A stretch of DNA of 64,000 bases from an uncultured Gemmatimonadales bacterium (GTDB lineage: Bacteria > Gemmatimonadota > Gemmatimonadetes > Gemmatimonadales > Gemmatimonadaceae). Shown one piece after another: positions 50,331 through 60,975 of this stretch (the stretch's first letter is position 1; the number at the start of each line of letters is the position of its first letter). Where the stretch lies: assembly GCA_963793305.1 (NCBI GenBank), contig CAWBZV010000012.1, positions 192,001 through 256,000 of the forward strand, written 5' to 3'. A model generated the notes under the pieces. It did no database searches and had not been told where the DNA came from. It saw only the letters and a list, made by a program, of their open reading frames with translations. The position numbers and the translations under genes were made by a program.

Positions 50331-50828
50331 TCAACCCCGGGGCGATGCCAGCATCTCCTCGAGCTGATCGAAGGTCTCCCGCATGCCGTGCTCCATACCC
50401 GATCCGAGCATGCCGTCGCGCACCTGCTGCGACGGACACAGGCTGCGGGACACGAGGTGGGTCTTGCCATCGTGCTCGTCGAAGGTCACGGTGACGACCA
50501 CCGCACCGACGGCCTGCATCGGCTCGTACACCTGCGTGTACACGAGACGCGTCGGCGGGGTGACCTCGCTGTACGTGCCGGAGAACCCGATCTCGGGGCC
50601 CTCGTCCTTCTGCATGACATAGCGATACGCCCCGCCGACGCGCACGTCGGCATCGCAGCTCGCCATCCGCACGCCGTGCGACTTGGGCGCCCACCACCGC
50701 TTGACGAGCTCCGGCTTCGTCCAGGCATCGAACACGATGCGGGCGGGGGCGTTGAACGTCCGCGAGATGACGATCTCGCGATCGCCCTCGAGCCTCATCA
50801 CCGTGTCATGCATTGTCATCGCGACCAT
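50331..50828 (-). CDS. SRPBCC/AHSA1-like protein
   Basis: REIVISRTFNAP..VFDAWT.PE..KRWW, DVRVGGAYR; AGGAGG RBS. Confidence 0.9.
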   Translation of the reverse strand: MVAMTMHDTVMRLEGDREIVISRTFNAPARIVFDAWTKPELVKRWWAPKSHGVRMASCDADVRVGGAYRYVMQKDEGPEIGFSGTYSEVTPPTRLVYTQVYEPMQAVGAVVVTVTFDEHDGKTHLVSRSLCPSQQVRDGMLGSGMEHGMRETFDQLEEMLASPRG

Positions 50829-51147
50829 CAGAGGGTTCCTCCTGTGTGAGCTCTTCCAACAGCTCGTCCAATTCCTCGAACCGCGCATCCCAGATTTGCC
50901 GATAGCGTTCGAGCCACTCGTGGAGCCGCCGCAGCTCGGGGGCGCGCAGCTCGTACAGCCGCTGATTCGCCCGCGGCGTGACATCCACAAGCCCAGCCTC
51001 CTTCAACACGCGGAGGTGCTTTGACACCTGCGGCTGATTGAGCCGGAGCCGCTCGCCGATGTCGTTGACGGGCCGCGGCCCGCGCCTCAACAGCTCGACA
51101 ATGCGAAAGCGATTTGGCTCGGCCAGGGCAGCGAACGTGTCGAACAT
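50806..51147 (-). CDS. ArsR-family regulator
   Basis: FAALAEPNRFRIVELL, QPQVSKHLRVLKEAGLV. Confidence 0.93.
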   Translation of the reverse strand: MFDTFAALAEPNRFRIVELLRRGPRPVNDIGERLRLNQPQVSKHLRVLKEAGLVDVTPRANQRLYELRAPELRRLHEWLERYRQIWDARFEELDELLEELTQEEPSDGRDDNA

Positions 51148-51153
51148 GATCTA

Positions 51154-51189
51154 ATATGCCTATAGACGTATATGCTTGTCAAGGCATGT
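51154..51189. promoter_or_regulatory. Two overlapping ArsR-type palindromes
   Basis: ATATGC-N8-GTATAT (51154-51173) and ATATGC-N8-GCATGT (51170-51189). Confidence 0.6.
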
Positions 51190-51252
51190 ACTGTGTGTCA
51201 GATTTTGGTTAATCACCTTCCGCGCCGCGCGCACGCGTGCTAGCCTCGACGC

Positions 51253-52791
51253 GTGAAAATATTCTCTCTCGCCTCCGTCGCCCTTGCGACAGTCGCTGGC
51301 GCGCAATCAGACACCTTGCACTATGCCGTCACCCTCTCGGACACCGTCCATCACGTCTTCGCGGTGACGTTGACCGTTCCGTCACTCGCCGACTCGAACG
51401 CCGTGTTCGAGTTCGCGGCCACGGCGCCCGGCACGTACCAAACGATGGACATCGGCCGCTTCGTGCACGACTTCAGAGCGGTCGACGCACAGGGGACCAT
51501 CGTACCGGCCGAGCGCGTCAGTACGAACGAGTGGCGCGTGAGCCATCCGCGACAAGTCCATGTCATCACCTATCACGTGATCGCCACCCGCGACACCACG
51601 TACAAGAAAGATCCCATCTACCCGATGTGCGGTACGGTCCTGGAGTCGGGCTACGCCTTGATCAACGGACAGGGCGTGTTCGGCTTTCCACGCGGGATGC
51701 AGAGCGTGCCGCTGACGGTTCGCCTGACGTACCCGACCGGCTGGACCTACGGCACGCCGCTCACGAATCACAACGGCGTGTTCTTCGCCGACACGTACGA
51801 TCGCCTCGTCGACTCGCCGATTCTCCTCGGCCCCCACCTCACGTCGTCGACGCTCGACGTCACGGGCGTGCCGGTCACGATTGTTGTCCGCGCCCAGAAC
51901 CGGGATATCAGCGCCGACCAGGTGCGCGACGCGATGCGCGAGATGCTGACCGCCGCCGGCTCGTTCCTCGGCACACTGCCCGTCGATCGCTACACGTTCC
52001 TGTACGATTTCGGCCCGTACGGGCGAGGGACCATCACCGGCGCATGGGAGCACTCGTACGGCTCCGAGTACGTGCTCCCCGATGCGCCGTACACGCCCGC
52101 CTACGGCACGCAGATTCGCGACATTGCGGCGCACGAGTTCTTCCACGTCGTGACGCCGCTCAACATTCACTCCGAGATCATCGAGCACTTCAACTTCGCG
52201 ACGCCCGTCCCATTGCAACACCTGTGGCTCTACGAGGGCACCACCGAGTGGGCGTCCCACATGATGATGCTCCAGGGCGGCGTGACGACACGCAGCGAGT
52301 ACCTGGCGTTGGTCGTGCAGAAAGAGCAACTCGACCGCACGCAGTTCGACACCACGTGGTCCCTGCGCGAGATGTCGCTCGCGTCGTACAGCGACTCGGG
52401 CCAGAAGCAGTACCCGAACATCTATATGCGCGGGGCGATCGTCGCGGGACTGCTGGACATCAAGCTGCTCGAGGAGTCCGGCGGCGCGCACGGGCTCCGC
52501 GACCTGATCCTCGATCTCTCGAAGCAGTACGGGAAGCACCGCGCGTTCCCGGAGAACGGGCTGATCGACACGATCGTCGCGCGCACATCACCCGAAAGCC
52601 GAGACTTTTTCGAGCGCTACATCTTTGGCACCGAGCGACCGCCCCTCAAGGAGTACTACGCGAAGCTCGGCTTCACCTTGATCGAAGATGCCAAGGGGCT
52701 GCCCCAGCGATTCACGGTCGACTCCGCCCCGACACCCGAGCAGCTCAAGCTCAGAAAGGCGTGGATGGGACCCTCGCCAACCGGAGCGTAA
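51253..52791 (+). CDS. M61-family (glycyl) aminopeptidase
   Basis: Signal peptide; TAPGTY, LVDSP, GAWEH, AHEFFH, LWLYEGTT. Confidence 0.9.
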   Translation: MKIFSLASVALATVAGAQSDTLHYAVTLSDTVHHVFAVTLTVPSLADSNAVFEFAATAPGTYQTMDIGRFVHDFRAVDAQGTIVPAERVSTNEWRVSHPRQVHVITYHVIATRDTTYKKDPIYPMCGTVLESGYALINGQGVFGFPRGMQSVPLTVRLTYPTGWTYGTPLTNHNGVFFADTYDRLVDSPILLGPHLTSSTLDVTGVPVTIVVRAQNRDISADQVRDAMREMLTAAGSFLGTLPVDRYTFLYDFGPYGRGTITGAWEHSYGSEYVLPDAPYTPAYGTQIRDIAAHEFFHVVTPLNIHSEIIEHFNFATPVPLQHLWLYEGTTEWASHMMMLQGGVTTRSEYLALVVQKEQLDRTQFDTTWSLREMSLASYSDSGQKQYPNIYMRGAIVAGLLDIKLLEESGGAHGLRDLILDLSKQYGKHRAFPENGLIDTIVARTSPESRDFFERYIFGTERPPLKEYYAKLGFTLIEDAKGLPQRFTVDSAPTPEQLKLRKAWMGPSPTGA

Positions 52792-55695
52792 ACGTACTGC
52801 CTTTGCCCGGCGTGCTCTCGACCGTGAGGTCACCGCCCATGCCGCGCGCGAGATCGCGGCTGATCGCCAGGCCGAGGCCCACACCCTCGCGCGGACGCGT
52901 CAAGCGCTGATCGACCTGCACGAACGCGTCGAAAATCGCCGTGATCTTGTCGGACGAGATCCCGATGCCGGTGTCGGTGATGGAGACCCAGACGGAGTCC
53001 TCGTCCGCCGTGCAGGTCGTCCGAATCTCTCCACCCGGTTCGGTGAACTTGATCGCGTTGGTGAGCACGTTGAGCAGGATCTGCTGGACCTTCTCGCGAT
53101 CGGCGTGAACGCGGAGCGAGGCATTGCATTTGCCTGGCACATACGTCAGCCGTCGGGCAACCGCTTGCACCATCACCAGCGCTTCGGCGACGAGAATCGT
53201 CTCCTGGAGCGGCACCGCCGCCATCTCGTAGCGCGCCGTGCCGGCCCGACCGAGCGAGTACGTCAGCACCTGGTTGATCAGGCCGAGGAGGTGCCGCTGG
53301 CTCTGTTGGATGCGGGCCAGGTCCGACCGTTGGTCATTGGTCAGCGGCCCGTGGACCTCCATCTCCATTAAGCTCGCGTACCCACCGATCGCGTTGAGCG
53401 GCGTCCTCAGCTCATGGCTGATCATCGCCAGAAAATCGCTCTTGGCCCGGCTCGCCGCCTCGGACACCCGGAGCGCCCGCACCCGCTCCCGGGCGAGCGA
53501 GAGCTGCGCGCCGACTCGCGCGATGAGCTCATGGGCGCCGAATGGTTTGACCAGATAGTCATCCGCGCCCGCCTGCGCCCCTTCGATGCGCGCCTCCTCG
53601 CCGGCGCGGGCCGACAAGAGAACGACTGGAATCGTGGCGGTCGAGGAGTCGGCGCGGAGCTCGCGCAGCAACGCGAACCCATTGAGCCCCGGCATCATCA
53701 CGTCACTCAGGATGAGATCGGGCGGTCGCGCCTTGGCGGCCGCCAGGGCGGCGTGGCCATCGCCGACGGTTTCGACCGCCCATCCTCTCGTACAGGAGGC
53801 GCGCGAGATATTCGCGCATGTCCGCATTGTCATCGGCCAGGAGGATCCGGGCGGCGCCCTGGTTGCCGACGACCGTTATCGACCTCGCCAGGTCCGGAGG
53901 CGGCGGCAGCCACTTGAGCGCCTCTTCGACGTAGGTCATGGCACCGACGCGAGTCGACGCGAGCTGGCGACCAGCCGCACCGAGACGATCCGAGGGGAGA
54001 TGCGCCGCGCCGTACGGCATTGTGATCGTGAACGTCGTGCCCACGCCTTCCGTGCTGGCGACATCGATCCGGGCCCCGTGCCAGCGCACCAGCTCCTGCA
54101 CGAGCGCGAGGCCGATACCGGTCCCCTCGTGCGTTCGGCTCCGCGCGTTCGGCACGCGGTGAAATCGGTCGAAGATCTTCGGCAGCTGGTCGGCCGCAAT
54201 GCCGACGCCTGTGTCCGCGACGTTGACGATCGCCGCATTCCCGCCATCGCGCACGCGGATGGTGATGCCGCCGTCGAACGTGTGCTTGAAGGCGTTGGAC
54301 AGGAGATTGAGGACGATCTTCTCCCACATCTCCCGGTCGACGTAGACGCTGGCGGGCAGGAGCGGCGCGTCGACATCGAGCGCGAGCCCCGCGCGCTCGG
54401 TGGCCGAGCGGAAGGTGCTCGCCAGTTCCGCCGTGAAGGTGGCCAGATCGACCGGCTCGTAGGCGGCCGCGGCGCGTCCCGCCTCGATGCGCGAGAAGTC
54501 GAGCATCGAGTTGACGAGCTTCTGGAGGCGCAGCGTGTTGCGGTGGATCATCTCCAACGATCGATCGCGGTCGGCGCGCGGCGCGTCGGGATTCGCGAGC
54601 AGGTCCGCGGTCGGTCCGAGCATGAGCGTGAGCGGTGTCCGGAACTCGTGGCTGACGTTCGAGAAGAATTGCGTTTTGGCCCGGTCGAGCTCCGCGAGCA
54701 TCTCGGCGCGCTTCTTCTCCTGCTCATAGGCGCGGGCATTCGCGATACCCGTCGCGAGCTGCGCGGCGAGCATCTCGAAGAAGACCAGATGCTGCTCGTC
54801 GAGCGCGAGTCGGCAACTGACGCCGGCCACGAGGACCCCGGCGGGCTGCCCCGAGACGCTGGAGGGAATCGGCACGATCACCGCCGTGTGCGGTGGATCG
54901 GCCCAGGGCCCCGGCGGGACGCGGTCGAACCGGGCAGAAAGGTCGACGACCTGGATCGTCTCCGATGCCGGCACGTCAACCGCCAGAGGGCTCATGGGCT
55001 CGGCCGCCTCGACGCCGCACGTACCGGCGAGTATGGCGTGCTTGCCGTCCGGGTCGGTCAGGTAGATCGCGGCGAACGGGACGTTCGATGGCGTGCTTCG
55101 CCAGAATTCCGGCAGCGGTCGCGCACATGGCCTCGGCGGTCTGCGCTTCCGCGAGCGACCGGCGGCCGAGATCGCGCAAGGTGCCGACGCGCCGCTCGCC
55201 CACGACCTTTTGCGTGATCTCATGAACCGTCGCAATGACGCCGCCGATCCCGCTCGGCGCTGACTCGTCCGGGACCGGGCTGTAGGCGATGGTGAAGTGC
55301 GTCTCTTCGACGAACCCGTGGCGATTGATCTCGAGGAGGATGTCCTCCATCCACGTCGCGGGTCCCCCATTGAACGGGGTATCGATGAGCGGCCCGATCA
55401 CGTGCCAGATCTCTGACCAGCATTCTCGCGTGGGCTGCCCCATTGATGCCGGGTGCTTCGCACCGAGGATCGGCCGGTAGGCGTCGTTGTAGAGCTGGAT
55501 GTAGTCCGGTCCCCACCAGAGGAGGATGGGCATCCGGTTGGCGAGGACGAACCGCACCATCGTCCGGAGCGATTGGGGCCACAGCTCGATCGGGCCCAGG
55601 ATCGTTGCGCTCCAGTCGACGGAGCGCATGACCTGGCCCATCTCGCTATCGCCGAATAGCTCGGTCGCCGCGGCGTCCAGCGTGGTCGCCATCAT
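52751..55695 (-). CDS. Hybrid sensor kinase PAS-like/GAF-HK-REC-HK (frameshifts near 55085 and 53792)
   Basis: Three consecutive ORF pieces: DWSATILGPIELWPQSL..YNDAY; SNVSHEFRTPLT..LADDNADMREY; SDVMMP..SHELRTPLN..GVGLGL. Confidence 0.9.
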
Positions 55696-55776
55696 CGCTT
55701 AAGGGTATTGCAGAGCCCGTGCCTTGGCTTCTGTTCAGGGCGAATTATGCCAGAGTTTGCTATATGTTCAGCACTT

Positions 55777-57418
55777 ATGCGTCGACTCCTGCCCCTCGCC
55801 GGCATCCTTGCCGCAAGCTGCGCGCCTCCTTCCGGTCGTGCCACACCTGCGTCACCCATCACCGCGGCCGAGCTCAAACACCGCGTCGAGATTATCGCCG
55901 ACGACTCCATGGGAGGCCGGCTCCCGGGATCGCGGGGCAACATTGAAGCTACGGACTACATCGCCGCCGAGTTCAAGCGCATGGGACTTCAACCGGCGGG
56001 GGACAGCGGCGGCTATCTGCAGTACGTACCCATGATATCGAGCCGCCTCGATACCACGCAGCATCTGACGGTCAATGGTGCGCCCCTGGCGTTCGGGACC
56101 GGCGTGATAGCGCAGAATCCGACCAACCTTCCGCTGACACTCGATGCGACTGGCGTCCCGGTCGTCTACGGCGGCCGACTTGGCGCTGACACCAAAGCGT
56201 TGATCAGTCCTGACTCGGGCGCCGGCCAGATCGTCGTGTTCGCGGTCGCGCTCTTTCCGGATGGGCGGCCCGACCCGCGCAGCGGGAGGTACCTGCCCGT
56301 GTTCCACAGGCCGCCACTCGGCATCGTGTTTGTCCTACCCGCGTTGCCACCGGTCACGATCTATTCGACCCTCAGACGGTTCTCGGTGCCTTCGTCGGCC
56401 CGTCCCGGGGCGTTGTCCTTCCAGATCAGCGCCGCGACCGCGCTCGCTCTGTTCGGCGACCCGGTCGAGCGTCTCACCGTCGGCGCCGTCGCCCGCGGCG
56501 TGCTCGGCGGACGCATCCGCTATCTCGCCCCGGAGACGATCCAAGCGCGCAACGTCGTCGCGATCCTGCCGGGCAGCGATCCGGCGCGCCGAGGCGAGTA
56601 CGTCGCCATGGGGGCGCACAACGACCATGTCGGCATTGGCGCGTTCGGCATCGATCACGACTCGGTGCGCGCCTACAACATCCTCTTGGCGCGTCAGCAC
56701 CTCGACGGCCCGGCCGCCGGGAATCCCGGCGCAACATCGCCGACGATCGTCGTCAACGTCGACAGTCTGCGCCGCCTTCGTCCTCCGCGGCGGGACTCGA
56801 TCTACAATGGCGCGGATGACGATGGCGCCGGCACCGCTTCTCTCTTGGCCATCGCGCAAGCACTTGCAAAACAGCACCCGGCCCGGTCTATCCTCTTCAT
56901 CTCGCACACCGGCGAAGAACAGGGCCTGCTCGGCTCCCGCTGGTACGCCGATCACACGACGGTGCCGCGCGATTCGATCGTCGCGTACCTCAACATGGAT
57001 TTGTTCGGACACGAGTACAACGCGGACTCGGCGCGATCGGGGCCGCGGTACTTGCAGTCCGGCGGCGCCCGTCGGCTATCCAAGGAGCTCGGCGCGTTGA
57101 TCGATTCGGTCAACGCTGGGCTTGGCCGAGCCAATGGCGATCGACTATTCGTGGGATGCGCCGGGGCATCCGTCGCAGAAGTACTGTCGGAGCGACCACG
57201 CGTCCTACGCGCGTTACGGGATTCCCGTCGCGTATTTCTCGACCGGCTATGGCGTCGACTATCACCAGGTGACCGACGAGCCACAGTATCTCGACTACGC
57301 GCACATGGCGCGTGCGGCGACGCTCGTGTACGCCGTTGCGCTGCGCGTCGCGAACCTCAGAACTCGGCCCCTCGTCGATCAACCCAAACCAGATCCCACC
57401 GCGCCCTGCCGACAGTGA
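55777..57418 (+). CDS. M28-family peptidase lipoprotein (frameshift near 57117)
   Basis: GAHNDH, NGADDDGAG, GEEQGLLGS, LNMD; RSDH..DYHQVTD in ORF 57122..57418. Confidence 0.9.
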
Positions 57419-58227
57419 TCATCGGTGATTGGGATGTGAATCCGACAACCGGACAGATCTCGCGGAATGGCGAGACCGTCCGGTTGGAGGCGCGCACGAT
57501 GCGACTGCTGGTCTATCTCGCCGAGCACGCCGGCGAGGTGGTCAGCATCGACGAATTGCTGAAAGAAGTCTGGGCGGGCGTGATCGTCACATCAGACTCC
57601 GTGTACCAGGCCGTGGCATCGCTCCGTCGTGAGCTCGGCGACGACACCAAGCAGCCGACGTACATCGCGACCGTCCCGCGGCTTGGCTATAAGATGGTCG
57701 CGAAAGTCAGCACGGCCCCTCAGGCCCCGGCGGCTCCGACCGTTCCGCGACGCGGTGGTCAGCTCATGGTGGCGATCGGCGTCGTGATCTGCCTCGCGCT
57801 CGCGGTCGCATACGGAATCCGCGGCGGCGGCCGCACCGCGAATTCGATCGCCGTGGTGCCGTTTCTCGATCTCACCGATGGTATGAGCCACGAGTATTTC
57901 GCCGATGGGATGACCGAGGAGGTCATCGACAAGCTGAGCAAAGAACCGGGGCTTCGCGTCGCGGCGCCGACGACGTCGTTTTACTTGAAGCGCAAGCCGA
58001 TCGCGATCGTGGATATCGCGAAGCAGCTCGGGGTGACGTACGTCCTCGATGGAAGCGTGCGCAAGTCCCACACGACGTACCGGGTCGCCGCGCGGCTCAG
58101 TCGCGGCGACAATGGTCTCGTCGTCTGGTCCGAGACGTACGACCGGCCCAGCGGTGATATGCTGTGGATTCAGGACGACATCGCGACTCAGGTCACGAAG
58201 GCGATCACCCAAACCGCCGCACGCTGA
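57415..58227 (+). CDS. CadC/ToxR-like regulator: winged helix, TM, TolB-N-like domain
   Basis: GTGA overlap start; LLVYLAEH.GEVVS.DELL..VW, YIATVPRLGY; TM; SIAVVPF..YFADGMTEE..VLDGSVR. Confidence 0.88.
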   Translation: MIIGDWDVNPTTGQISRNGETVRLEARTMRLLVYLAEHAGEVVSIDELLKEVWAGVIVTSDSVYQAVASLRRELGDDTKQPTYIATVPRLGYKMVAKVSTAPQAPAAPTVPRRGGQLMVAIGVVICLALAVAYGIRGGGRTANSIAVVPFLDLTDGMSHEYFADGMTEEVIDKLSKEPGLRVAAPTTSFYLKRKPIAIVDIAKQLGVTYVLDGSVRKSHTTYRVAARLSRGDNGLVVWSETYDRPSGDMLWIQDDIATQVTKAITQTAAR

Positions 58228-58645
58228 ACGCGATCGGGAGCCCGATCGAGAACATGTGCACGCCTATGCCTAAGAGCACGTCTTTGAGCTCGTACGGGCC
58301 CGTTGCGTGGAGGGCCGAGAGCGGCAGGACGACGTAGCTCATGCAGAGCTCGACGACGATGCCGTAGAGCAGGCCGCAGACGATCCAATGCTCCGTCATG
58401 AATGTCAGCCTGCGACTCGCCGCATAGTAGGCCGCGGTCCAGGTCGTGGCGATGCAATAGTGGAGCACGAGGCCGAGCACGTAGAACGGAGCGAACGGGC
58501 CGGCGCGCTCCGCCTGCTGCCCGATCAGCGCCGCCGTGATCCCGAGGGGTACGCGCCAGCCGAAGAGAATCATCGCCTGGGCGATATCAATTGTTCCGGC
58601 GATCAGGCCACCGGCCCCGATCGCCACGAGTGCTCGCTTTTTCAT
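58205..58645 (-). CDS. Small 4-TM membrane protein
   Basis: GGLIAGTIDI, LGLVLHY, GLLYG, YVVLPLS, HMF.IGLP. Confidence 0.75.
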   Translation of the reverse strand: MKKRALVAIGAGGLIAGTIDIAQAMILFGWRVPLGITAALIGQQAERAGPFAPFYVLGLVLHYCIATTWTAAYYAASRRLTFMTEHWIVCGLLYGIVVELCMSYVVLPLSALHATGPYELKDVLLGIGVHMFSIGLPIAFSVRRFG

Positions 58646-58679
58646 CCCGGCACGGTAGCCGGGCACGTGGCGCGAAGTC

Positions 58680-58715
58680 CTGAACTTCGCCTGAAATACT
58701 CTGAACTTCTCTGAA
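58680..58715. promoter_or_regulatory. Four CTGAA direct repeats with 10-11 bp period
   Basis: CTGAA at 58680, 58691, 58701 and 58711. Confidence 0.7.
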
Positions 58716-58716
58716 T

Positions 58717-59154
58717 TCAGGCCTTTCGCGCGGACCGGGCCGCATGGATGCGCGCCTGGAGGTCCTGTTCAAAGTCTCCCACGGGACTGAGTCCGGTCGA
58801 CGATGAACCTAACGGAACGAACCGCACTTTACTGATCCGGCCAACAGGGTGGTCCAAGCCCAGCACGAATACTCGGGCGCCCCTGCCCCAACGGCCCGTG
58901 TCGAGCAACAGCACGTCGGCGAGCGGCACGCGAAACGATCCTCCCGGGCCCTTGACCTGAAGTACGTCGCCGTCCAGCCACACTTCGCTCAATCGCCAGC
59001 CGTACCAGGTGATATACGCCACGACACCGAGCAGCATGAACGGGAGAACGGGCCCGATCTCTTGGGATGCGTTGACCAGCACGGCGGCGCCTATCACGTA
59101 GAGGCCCGGCATGCCGAACCGGTACCAGGTAATGCCAGACGACAGTCGCGTCAC
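58717..59154 (-). CDS. Hypothetical 2-TM membrane protein
   Basis: Overlaps the DUF885 stop; two hydrophobic segments then a small soluble domain. Confidence 0.6.
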   Translation of the reverse strand: MTRLSSGITWYRFGMPGLYVIGAAVLVNASQEIGPVLPFMLLGVVAYITWYGWRLSEVWLDGDVLQVKGPGGSFRVPLADVLLLDTGRWGRGARVFVLGLDHPVGRISKVRFVPLGSSSTGLSPVGDFEQDLQARIHAARSARKA

Positions 59155-60875
59155 AAGGCCGAGGCGGTGTCTCCGGGCAAGAGAATCCGCCGGATGATCG
59201 GGATCGGCACGCCGCCTTGCTTCACGAACTGATCGTGAAAATCCTTGAGCGAGTACGCGCTCCCCTTGGCGCGCTGATAATCCGCGCGAAGCTTGTAGAT
59301 CGCGAGCTTGCCGAGGGTATAGTAGAGATACGTGGGGTTATACGCCCCGCGTCGCGCCTCCTCGTAGCCGTTCGCCGGCTCCTGGAAGCACTTGTCGACG
59401 AAGTACTGCTTGGCGCCGTCCGCGACTGACATCCCTTGCGTATGCTCTTTGATGCCGACGACATACCGGCAGTCGCGGAGCAGCGCCTCCTCGAGCTGCG
59501 CCAGCTTTGTCTTGGGATCCCCATTGCCGAACCCCTGCTCGACCATCATCTGCTCACCGTAGTGCGCCCACCCTTCGACGTTCGACCCGGCGGCGAGGAG
59601 CTTCCGGGTCTTGGTCGGAAACTGCTTGACGTACAGAAACTGGATAAAGTGCCCGGGAAAGACCTCGTGCACGGTCACGATATTGAGCACCGCCGGGTTG
59701 AACTCGCGCAGGTGCTCTTCCACGTGCTCGGCGTCCCAGTCTTTCTCGGGCGGCGTGACGTAGTAGAACGCCTCGGTCGCCTTGGTCTCGAACGGACCGG
59801 GTGAGTCCATCGACGCATACGACCCGGTGCGGGCATAGGGCGGCGTCTCGGTCACGATCGGCATCGTGGTCGACGGTATGTCGACGATCTGGTGATCGAC
59901 GAGAAATTGCCGCGCGCCGGCCACGGTCGACTGCACGGATGGAATGAGCGTCGCAGCGGTCGGATGCGTCTTCTCGAGCGTCAGCATCGCCTCGTGCGGC
60001 GACTTCCCCGGCGCGACGAGCTTCGCGGTGGCGACGAAGTCCTTGTAGTCCTTGTCGAGATTGGCCTCGCCGATCGCCAGGATTCGATCGAGCGGCAGCG
60101 TGATCATCTCGTCGTACGCGAGCTTATCCGAGAAGTTCTTGGCGCCGATCGCGAACGACCCGTGCGATTTGGGCTTCAAGTCCGAGGTCAGCCACTTCGA
60201 GGCGTCCTTCAAGGCGGCGATCACCGAGTCGTTCGCCGCCGTGAACGCGCGCAGGGCGCCGGTGTCGGCGCCGGCCGCGGTCTTCGCCCAGCCGGCAACG
60301 TCGTGCTGGAAGAACCCGACCGAGCCTGACGCGACCCGGATCGCGAGATCGGTGAACTCGACCGGCGGGTTGTCCATGTTCGCTTTCATGGCCGCGAACA
60401 TCGCCGGCATCTGCCGGAGCCGCGCGGTCAGCGAGCGCAGTCGCTCGGCCGGCGGCGCGAAATTCCGCTTCATGAGCAGGTCGACGGCATTACCGGGAGA
60501 TCCGACATAGCCGATCGGGTTCTTTCGCCAGCTGGCGAGCGCGTCGAGATCCTGCAGCTCCGAGCGGATCGCGCCGTCGACGATCGCGGCATCGATCGAG
60601 TCGTCGGACGAGAGCTTGCCCGAGCGAACCGAGTCCAGTTGCGTGAGTTGCGCGCGCAAGGTGCTAAGCCGGCGCGTCACCGCCGCGGCCGACCGGTCCT
60701 CGAACAGCGTATCGTATTGGTGGAAACCCACGGCGGTACCGGCCGAGGGCGCGAACGCGAACGACGAGTCGAAGTACGCGTCGGCCAACTGGCTGAACGC
60801 TGACGGACCGGCGGCCGGCTGCTCGGTCGGACGGCACGCGACGACGAGGAGACCCAGCAGGAGATAAGGGCGCAT
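59151..60875 (-). CDS. DUF885-family lipoprotein
   Basis: Lipobox VVAC; HEVFPGH, EGWAHY.E, YLYYTLGK, FHD. Confidence 0.9.
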   Translation of the reverse strand: MRPYLLLGLLVVACRPTEQPAAGPSAFSQLADAYFDSSFAFAPSAGTAVGFHQYDTLFEDRSAAAVTRRLSTLRAQLTQLDSVRSGKLSSDDSIDAAIVDGAIRSELQDLDALASWRKNPIGYVGSPGNAVDLLMKRNFAPPAERLRSLTARLRQMPAMFAAMKANMDNPPVEFTDLAIRVASGSVGFFQHDVAGWAKTAAGADTGALRAFTAANDSVIAALKDASKWLTSDLKPKSHGSFAIGAKNFSDKLAYDEMITLPLDRILAIGEANLDKDYKDFVATAKLVAPGKSPHEAMLTLEKTHPTAATLIPSVQSTVAGARQFLVDHQIVDIPSTTMPIVTETPPYARTGSYASMDSPGPFETKATEAFYYVTPPEKDWDAEHVEEHLREFNPAVLNIVTVHEVFPGHFIQFLYVKQFPTKTRKLLAAGSNVEGWAHYGEQMMVEQGFGNGDPKTKLAQLEEALLRDCRYVVGIKEHTQGMSVADGAKQYFVDKCFQEPANGYEEARRGAYNPTYLYYTLGKLAIYKLRADYQRAKGSAYSLKDFHDQFVKQGGVPIPIIRRILLPGDTASAL

Positions 60876-60899
60876 AGGGCCCAAGTATAGCAAAAGTCG

Positions 60900-60932
60900 T
60901 CGCTCGCGACAGAATACTGGCCGTTCCCGACA
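60900..60932 (+). promoter_or_regulatory. Second LytTR-type direct repeat (21-bp period)
   Basis: TCGCTCGCGACA at 60900 and CCGTTCCCGACA at 60921. Confidence 0.5.
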
Positions 60933-60975
60933 TATCGTATGGCGCCGTCCGGCTCTGCGGAATGAGGCTTGGGCC

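Noticed and set aside
55708..58227. 839-aa M28 peptidase / winged-helix regulator fusion
   Set aside because: Caused by a frameshift near 57117; the true peptidase C-terminus is in another frame and stops at 57418, overlapping the regulator GTG
58680..58720. CRISPR-like or VNTR repeat
   Set aside because: Only 5-bp units at 10-11 bp period, no spacers and no cas genes; better explained as regulator boxes
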